In this document: positions 24,403-25,686 of the stretch, piece after piece
How the letters are laid out: each line of letters starts with the position of its first letter
Position numbering within the stretch: the first letter of the stretch is position 1
NCBI GenBank assembly: GCA_001563915.1
Contig: LKMP01000013.1
Coordinates: 1-25,686, forward strand
Reading direction: 5' to 3'
Length of the DNA stretch: 25,686 nt
Source of the DNA: Nanohaloarchaea archaeon B1-Br10_U2g21
GTDB taxonomy: Archaea; Nanohalarchaeota; Nanosalinia; Nanosalinales; Nanosalinaceae
Notes under the pieces: model-generated
What the model saw: only the letters and a program-made list of their open reading frames with translations
Databases searched by the model: none
What the model was told of the DNA's origin: nothing
Translations under genes and position numbers: made by a program

Positions 24403-25429
24403 CCTCAACTCGCTCCTCCAGATAGTTTACGAGTTCAGGCCTTGCTTTATTAGCCATTTCAGCTTTCATTAAGGCCTCATAGTCTGGGTCTTTTATGAGA
24501 GATATTTTTCGCATTACTTCAGTTATTCTGTTTTCATTTACGAGCTCATCATAGGAATGTTCAGGAACATCTTCTTTCCTGATTTTTTGACTTGAATCTA
24601 TAACTGCTTCAACCTTTTCTTTTTTTTCTTCATCTTTCTGTTCTTTTTTCTTTATTGGCAGTAACAATTTTAACTTCTCAAGAATTCCTTTAGAGTTTCC
24701 TTCATTTTTAGTTGATCTCGCTTTCTCTATATTTTTTTCAAGTTTTTTCATAGCCTTTAATTCTCTCCTGATAGCTTGCTCTTGTTCTACATATTCGTCG
24801 CTTTCTTCAGCATAGTCTAAAACAGTTTGTACTTGTTGAACTGCTTCTCCTGCTTTCTTATTGAGTTTTTGTCCTTGTACTTCAGCTAGATGTTGTCTAA
24901 TTAGTTGCTCCACTTGTTTCAAAATTTCTTCAATCTCAAGGATCAAATCAATAGTCTGCTTATCAATATTATCTTGCTCTAAATGTCTATCAATTCTAGT
25001 CTCAATTACCTCAAGTCGCTCAATAGTTTCCTGAACTGCTTTCTTCTTTTCTTTCTCATTAAGTCCTCCTTCCTTGTTGACTAATTCCTTACGCCTGGCC
25101 GCAATTTCTCCTCCTTTTTGTTCCAGTCTAGATTGCAGGTCTTCAGATTTTTTATTGAGATCTTCTTCAATTTCTTGCTTTTTCTTTTCAGATTCTTCTA
25201 CGTTTTCATCAGTATACTCCAATATTAAGCCAGAAGTGATTGTGTGGTGTTTATTGATAAGTTTTTCTTCGGATAATGCGTCCGCCCATTTCTTTAATCT
25301 AGGCTTTTCAACGCCTATTTCTTCAGTAATATCATCAAGTGAGGCGCTACCATGCTCTGCTAAATAATCCATCATGCTATCTACACCTGTCTCTATTACT
25401 AAATTTTCCCACTCCTTAGAATCAGCCAT
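24392..25429 (-). CDS. Hypothetical protein: N-terminal winged-helix-like domain, coiled coil, small C-terminal helical domain
   Basis: IETGVDSMMDYLAEHGSASLDDITEEIGVEKPRLKKWADALSEEKLI (HTH-like), long E/K heptads, overlap with the ATPase start. Confidence 0.78.
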   Translation of the reverse strand: MADSKEWENLVIETGVDSMMDYLAEHGSASLDDITEEIGVEKPRLKKWADALSEEKLINKHHTITSGLILEYTDENVEESEKKKQEIEEDLNKKSEDLQSRLEQKGGEIAARRKELVNKEGGLNEKEKKKAVQETIERLEVIETRIDRHLEQDNIDKQTIDLILEIEEILKQVEQLIRQHLAEVQGQKLNKKAGEAVQQVQTVLDYAEESDEYVEQEQAIRRELKAMKKLEKNIEKARSTKNEGNSKGILEKLKLLLPIKKKEQKDEEKKEKVEAVIDSSQKIRKEDVPEHSYDELVNENRITEVMRKISLIKDPDYEALMKAEMANKARPELVNYLEERVEDGR

Positions 25430-25474
25430 GGTTTACAATTATAGTTTTAACTTAACTCGGTTTTAAAGACTGTT
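25430..25474. promoter_or_regulatory. Bidirectional promoter region
   Basis: 45-bp AT-rich gap between divergent ATGs, containing two GTTTTAA boxes. Confidence 0.45.
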
Positions 25475-25686
25475 ATGCTTATAGAATTCGCCGTAATATC
25501 TGCGTTCGCCAGTCTATTCATCGCCTCAGTCTTTGATATAAAAAGTGAGAAAGGAGATGTGCCTGAGATAATACTTTTTACAGGTCTTGCAGTAGGAATA
25601 CTTCTACATCTAATGGAATCGCTTAACACTTGGAGTACTGCTCCATTATACTGGAGTATTGGAGCAGGATTGGCTTTTACCGCCTA
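25475..25686 (+). CDS. Prepilin/prearchaellin peptidase (A24, PibD/FlaK-like), 5' part
   Basis: Hand translation MLIEFAVISAFASLFIASVFDIKSEKGDVPEIILFTGLAVGILLH... The AS..D.K...VP motif carries the first catalytic Asp. Lies near the pilus ATPase and is open to the window end. Confidence 0.75.
   Translation, partial: MLIEFAVISAFASLFIASVFDIKSEKGDVPEIILFTGLAVGILLHLMESLNTWSTAPLYWSIGAGLAFTA

Noticed and set aside
4318-25367. Many Ser/Phe-rich plus-strand ORFs opposite annotated genes (e.g. 7394, 11071, 21646, 25074)
   Set aside because: Typical antisense products of Glu/Lys-rich (GAA/AAA) coding on the minus strand.
25447-25629. 60-aa minus-strand ORF
   Set aside because: Antisense to the prepilin peptidase-like ORF starting at 25475.
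1-25686. CRISPR array, tRNA, rRNA, SRP RNA or IS element
   Set aside because: No regularly spaced repeats, cloverleaf or T-arm motifs, GC-rich structured intergenic segment, transposase or terminal inverted repeats seen.

Overview
AT-rich, gene-dense archaeal window with an acidic proteome, most consistent with a nanohaloarchaeon (DPANN); the taxonomic call is inference. Its backbone is a conserved translation and protein-targeting gene string on the minus strand (rpl18a/LX, pfdA, ftsY, srp54, pus10, rpl21e, rpoF, DUF655, ksgA, hemK-like), interrupted by accessory genes. The left end carries surface-protein genes, including a secreted Cys/Trp/Asp-rich ORF of at least 1068 aa that runs off the window and is missing from the ORF track. 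The right end is a type IV pilus-like locus: secretion ATPase, wHTH/coiled-coil protein and a divergent prepilin peptidase. Three signals stand out. (1) The palindrome AGGCCT occurs about 30 times against roughly 3 expected, resembling a HIP-like element. (2) A translationally coupled pair of apparent pseudo-enzymes (an alpha/beta-hydrolase lacking its triad and a DUF429-like protein lacking catalytic acids) sits between ftsY and srp54. (3) The large secreted protein at the left edge. I saw no rRNA, tRNA, CRISPR array or IS element.
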